NCBI GenBank assembly: GCA_030264375.1
Contig: JASCQW010000061.1
Span: forward strand, 54,819,820-54,883,819
DNA from: Carcharhinus longimanus
Lineage: Eukaryota
Direction of reading: 5' to 3'
Length of the DNA stretch: 64,000 nucleotides
Part shown: one piece after another, positions 58,756-64,000 of the stretch
How the letters are laid out: each line of letters begins with the position of its first letter
Position numbering within the stretch: the first letter of the stretch is position 1
Position numbers and translations under genes: made by a program
The notes under the pieces: generated by a model
What the model saw: the letters and a program-made list of their open reading frames with translations, nothing else
Told to the model about the DNA's origin: nothing
Databases searched by the model: none

Positions 58756-59524
58756 TGACCTGGCAGTCCCTATTATATTGATTGCTGGCAGCCCCTGTAA
58801 GCATGGCATCAGCTTGAGCTCCTGCTGGTTCTGCCCCTCTCTGCCCATCACCTCTCCCTCAATGGCTGGCTCTGGTACCAGCTGCCAGAAAATCACATTT
58901 GGCCAGTTGACCCTGTTCAAACGGCAGTGGCTCCCATTGGCAGTTCAGATAGTGGGACCTCAAACCTAACTGCAAAATTCAGCTCTGTGTTAACCAGCTC
59001 AATTTGTGACTATGTGTTTCTGTCTTGGAATTAAAACTACAGTGTAGGAAAAGAGATTAATATTTCTAAGCATAGTATGTAGTTGGAAAGAAAATGGGGG
59101 GAGGGTTCAGAGCACCTGTGTGCACTTCTCTATCATGTCAAAATTAAATTTCCTACAGGCTAATTAATTACATGTAAAGTTAATCTATTCCATCTTTTGG
59201 CAGTGAAAATCCAGAACCANNNNNNNNNNNNNNNNNNNNNNNNNNNNNNNNNNNNNNNNNNNNNNNNNNNNNNNNNNNNNNNNNNNNNNNNNNNNNNNNN
59301 NATAGCATTTAACCGTAAAGGGTCACTGCCGATGTTTACTGCCCATCTCGCCTTAACTCCAGCAATAAAGAGAGATAATTGCCACTAGACTGCAGAACAA
59401 CAGTCAGCAAAAGAATGTAATGCTGAACTACATGACTGAAACTGTAAAATATAATTTAAACTGTATGCTCAAATACAACATCCTGGTCAGACTGCACCCT
59501 GAGCACCAGAGTCAGTTTGTCAAA

Positions 59525-59770
59525 TTTTTTCATGCAATGTGGGCATCACTGGCTAATTGCCCTTGAGAAGATTGAGGTGAGCAGCCTTCTTGAACCGCTA
59601 CAGTCCATCTAATGCAGGTACAGCCACAGTGCAGTTAGGTAGGGTGTTTCAGGATTTTGACCCAGTGAAAGAACAGTGATATAGTTCCAAGTCAGAATGG
59701 TGCATGAGTTGGAGGGCAACTGCAGATGGTGGTGTTCATGTATCTGCTACCTTTGTCTTCTAGGTAGTCG
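59525..59770 (-). mobile_element. 3' end of an L2/Crack-like LINE (family of 14355-14948)
   Basis: CTAATTGCCCTTGAGAAG..CTTCTTGAACCGCTACAGTCCA..TTCAGGATTTTGACCCAG, antisense to 14780-14930. Confidence 0.7.
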
Positions 59771-59774
59771 GTGC

Positions 59775-61150
59775 CTCCTTTCCCCTCAGATCCCCCACTC
59801 AGACCTCCTGCCTCCCAGGTTCTCCACTCAATCTCCCTTCTCCCTCAGATCCCCTACTCAGTGCCCCATCTGGTCACAGTGCACTGCTCCCTGGCACACT
59901 GGCACAGACACTCTGGCCTGGTGCCTTGGGCACTGAGGGGAGCAGTTAAAAGGTTAGCTCAGTGGCCATTTTCCCTCTGCTGCTGCCATGCTGTAGAGGA
60001 AAGTTCTCTGAATGATCCAGAGGGTTGGGAGTTGGGGGGTTGCTCAGGCTGGGGGGACAAGAGATTGACTTTGCCACTCTCCACTACGATCATGATGTCG
60101 TGGCTGGACTGCCCCTTCTTGCCCTGGCAGACCTGAAGATTACCCCAGCAAGGTGATTTCGGAAACCATGTGGTCAACATTTGCATTCCTACCTGTCAAG
60201 TATGCAAATTTTGAAATGGCCAGGTCACTTTAATCTTCATGCCCCCTGTCACCTGACAGGGTTTTAAATCATTGCAGCACTCCATTATGCAACAGAAGTT
60301 TTCCTTTTTCTCTTCAGAAGCTGCAGCTGTGAGCAGATCCCGATGTAGTCCCGTGACGTGGCAATTTTACTTGGGGGAGGGGGAGTTCCTGACTTCATAG
60401 CTGCACGCTCAGCCTCAGTATATGCACACAGCTTCTGAAGCTTCCTGGCAAGTTGGATTCTTTGAAACTCTCTTGATCCAATGGAATCCTTTGATCGCTA
60501 ACAAATGCAGTGCCTTGAAAAAGACTTCCCTTAACAGTTCAATGGATTCCTATCATCCTCCAGCCATCTGTGTTTATTTTCATTTCCCTTTATGGGTGAA
60601 AGCACATCAAGTACCCCATTGATCCACAATGTTGCGAAGCTGAGCCTGATTGATTGCCTGTAGTTTCACTTCCTCTTTTGCAAACCACAATTGTTTAGAA
60701 GGTATCACAGGCTGTCAATCAAGCTTCGAGCACTGTTGGCACTGTCAAGGCACATGTCCTGAAGGGAGACTGAATTGGAAGTCTGAGGNNNNNNNNNNNN
60801 NNNNNNNNNNNNNNNNNNNNNNNNNNNNNNNNNNNNNNNNNNNNNNNNTCAGATAAAGCTCATACCTGCATGGTATGAGGGGTAAGATACGTCTTATTGC
60901 TGAGGGGTTGGTGATGCTTCCTCGATCCTTGTGGTCTAACTTGCCAGATCCTTGTTTGTAAGACCTGTATCAAAGCCCGTCAGGTGCAGTTCCCACTGGG
61001 GAGGAAGGTAATTAGCTCTTGGAATCAGGCTTTGAGCCCGCTAATTATACTTGAAGTAGTTAATTTGAATATGCATTGGGACTCACAGTGTGGGCCAGGA
61101 GCATTGAGACAAGTATACTGCCCAGCAAAAACATATTTTTGCGTCGAAGC
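59775..61150. mobile_element. Long uncharacterised repeat, copy 2
   Basis: Colinear and in the same orientation as blocks within 3190-5660. Confidence 0.55.
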
Positions 61151-61719
61151 CCAGTTCCCTGGGCCATCGCGATTCATGTTCGGAATTAGCAGGAGAATCT
61201 CCCCCAAGTCTGCCGAGTGAGGGGATGATTGCTAAAGGATTTGAAAGGCTTGTTTTATAAATCCCTCTATCCTCTACTTCATCATGAGCACTGACGTGAG
61301 ATCTATTCCAATTACAATAAAGTTGAATAGCAAAGAAGAACAGTCCAACTTGGTTCAGGCTTATATTTGTATTAGATTTCCATTGATTAATATTGAAATG
61401 GAAACTGAAATTGCTGAAAATGCATTAATGGGGGGTGGTGGGGTGCTTTAATGGACACGGAAAGAAAAACATTTCTAATATGATAACATCGCAATCAAAG
61501 TGAAAAACAGATTCAGATCGCCAAAGTAACTGAGACAAAAGTAATACAGAGAAAAATAAACTCTAGCTTTGAGATCAGGTTTGGCGATAAAGAATGATGA
61601 ATAGGAAGGGAAATCAAGAAATTTAAGGAAAATCTGATTTGGTCAGGCTTGTTAAATTTGCTTGAGTTTGACTATTTGGTTCAGTGCAATATTTACCCAA
61701 ATTAAGTAATTTGATTTTA

Positions 61720-62520
61720 AATACCTTCAGAGGGTGAGGGAGGTGGGTAGATAATAACTTTTAGGCACAGACTCAGTGGAATTTGTGGTGAAGAGATGGC
61801 TTTGATTTTGAGCCCGTGAACAAACAAAAATGAACTTTACTGTATAAAGTCAGAGGTGAAACAATTTACAATATCAATTTTATACTCTAACATTCAGAGT
61901 TAATATGAAGTTCATATGAATTAATAGGCAAACTGGCAGATACGACCAAGACAGATTCCATGGATTTCTCAAAACCCATCCAGGTGCCAATAAAGACAGT
62001 GAGTCAACCAGTATCACTGAAACTCTGTCTTTCATGAGGGATTCTAGTCTTCACCTTCGAAGATCTTGCCTTGGAATTCTCTTCACAAGTCACTCCAACT
62101 TTGATGCCTCAATGATGGTCCAGTTTGCAGGGTTTCAATCTTGCCTCCCAAAATTCTGTTCTGGATTCATGGATCTGCACTCAAACACCAACTCACAAGA
62201 GCAACTTAAGCAGAACACTACTGCCTCAGAGGAGCACCTTCACCCCAACAGCCCACAACATAGTGTCACCAGTTTTCTGCTGCCTTCTTGGATCTTCAGG
62301 GCTTCTTCCAAGTGCTCTTCAATTGCCAGAGCTTCTCCTGACACCTTATTTTGCTAACCGTTTGCCTACTTGGTGCCTTTTTCTCTGTTTTCTTTCTAAT
62401 TTATCTTTTTCCTGACTTCTTGTCCTATCTGGGATTCTTCATTTGGGACCTCTTCTGATCCCTTTCCCCTACCCCCGTCCCTTGACTGGGATTCTTGTCT
62501 CCAGTGGTACTCTGCTTCAT
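61720..62520 (-). mobile_element. Possible decayed solo LTR
   Basis: Minus-strand GAGAATTCCAAGGCAAGATCTTCGAAGGTGAAGACTAGAATCCCTC..GACAGAGTTTCAGTGA resembles shark LTR sequence from memory. Termini not identified. Confidence 0.3.
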
Positions 62521-62563
62521 GTCATGTGAGTTAGGTTTTTGGGCTATTTTTCTTCATGTTCAG

Positions 62564-62796
62564 GCATACTGGGCTGGTCCTCGAAAAATACAGAAATGTG
62601 CATTTACANNNNNNNNNNNNNNNNNNNNNNNNNNNNNNNNNNNNNNNNNNNNNNNNNNNNNNNNNNNNNNNNNNNNNNNNNNNNNNNNNNNNNNNNNNNN
62701 NNNNNNNNGCATTTACAGCTTGCTCCTGCTCTGTGCATGCACAGAAACTCCGAGGTCTTTCGGGATTTGGAGTCCCCGACCTCCCAGTCTCCAAAA
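62564..62796 (+). other. Candidate host exon (124 nt if the 100-N gap and the 9-bp overlap are removed), gene unidentified
   Basis: Acceptor TTTTTCTTCATGTTCAG|G, consensus donor AAA|GTAAGT, several retained CpGs, no stop codon in any plus-strand frame. Not recognised as a repeat. Confidence 0.4.
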
Positions 62797-64000
62797 GTAA
62801 GTGTTAGTTTTCATTGCAGTCTCTACAGGCATCGTAGCACAGTGCAATTCCTTCTTGCCCATCTCTTGTTTTGTACAATTCACAATCACTACTGGATCTT
62901 TCTGTACAAGCAAGCTAGTTTAAATTTGATGCCATCAGTTTATAAATTCTGCACTTTCCTGCTTTTTTAATGATGAGAACATGGATCATTTAGAACAAGC
63001 ATGACTTGTGTGACTACTTCAAGATGTTAGGTTCTGTTTTGTTCAGCAGATGATTAGGATTCTGAATCCCAGGACTGTCTATATCCTGCTGCCACAGCCG
63101 AGCCAGTTTTGTCAGTACTTAGTGCTGCTGTTACATGAGCTGTTTTTGACAGCAGAATGTTCCACCTCAAGGACAGAATGGAATAGCACTTCATCTTCCC
63201 TTACTCGAATCATCTTCCATTGGTTAAGCATGGGGTGACATTGATGGTTGTCATGGAAATGTCTGCTTGGTAGANNNNNNNNNNGTCTCACCATCCCACA
63301 TGAAGAAGATCACATAGAAGTCAGAGGCCTTAGGGTATTGAATAACTGCAAGATGTGGGGAAGCAAATCAAGCCTTCTTCATTGCCGATAGTGACTAATG
63401 CCCTAGATTAAAATGAGTTGCCATGCTCTTTCTCAGAAATGAATGAAAGCCTGAAACTCACTCAGAGTGATGATGACATTCTATTTATTTTATGGGTACA
63501 TGGCTCCTGCTGGAAATTTAAGTGCATTGTTAAACTTGATTCTGCCAAAAGTTAACTGTTACTTCACATATGGAAATAATCATCTTGGATTTTCACTCAA
63601 ATTAACTATATGATCTTATGGCCAACGAAATTACTGATAATGCATGTAGAGTAAATAAAAAACTTTATATATGTACAAAGATATGATTCATGGACAATAT
63701 TTCTTCAAGGAAGTCGAACAGTCTTGTAGCGTACTTAAGCTCTGTGTAGAAAGTGTTCTCTCATGTGCCCTCTAATTCTTCCCATAGAACGTTTCTAAAT
63801 TTAACATTTTTAATACCTCAAATATCTTTAAGCTTGAGTGTAAAATTATTTTCCCTCCTGGTCTAAATTGAGTCTTTTAGTGTCCAAGATTGCATTTGTT
63901 ACTCAGTCAACAATTCTCTTTAGTTTCTGTGGAATGCATTCAAATCTGATGTATCTGACCAAGTTTCATGATCTCAACATCATGACACAATGTATGCGAC

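Overview
This is repeat-dense, AT-rich vertebrate DNA, almost certainly from a cartilaginous fish (shark). That call rests on HE1-type V-SINEs, CR1/HER1 LINE tails ending in (TTCTTATG)n, and SacSINE1-like DeuSINEs. It looks intronic or intergenic. I find no complete host gene, rRNA, genuine tRNA gene or CRISPR array. Most of the listed ORFs are chance ORFs, decayed transposon fragments or artefacts of N runs. Recognisable content: many SINEs (V-, Deu- and Meta-type); fragments of CR1, L2, L2/Crack-like and Rex1/Babar LINEs; two Penelope-like (PLE) families carrying hammerhead-ribozyme motifs, one copy nearly intact at 57496-57538; an internally deleted Mag-type Gypsy element nested in an older Gypsy; remnants of a Harbinger transposase and its Myb/SANT partner; and several TIR/MITE families. 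One plausible host exon (62564-62796) is split by a 100-N gap. The most interesting observations are: ribozyme-bearing PLE fragments, one of which ends exactly at the predicted self-cleavage site; three 100-N gaps flanked by TSD-like direct repeats; a microhomology-bounded inversion with a 48-bp duplication inside a Rex1 element; and long non-autonomous TIR families I cannot name. I cannot claim a demonstrably new biological system. All family names come from recognising motifs by eye, with no database search. Most boundaries are approximate (about 10-30 bp) unless a TSD, TIR or LTR end is quoted.
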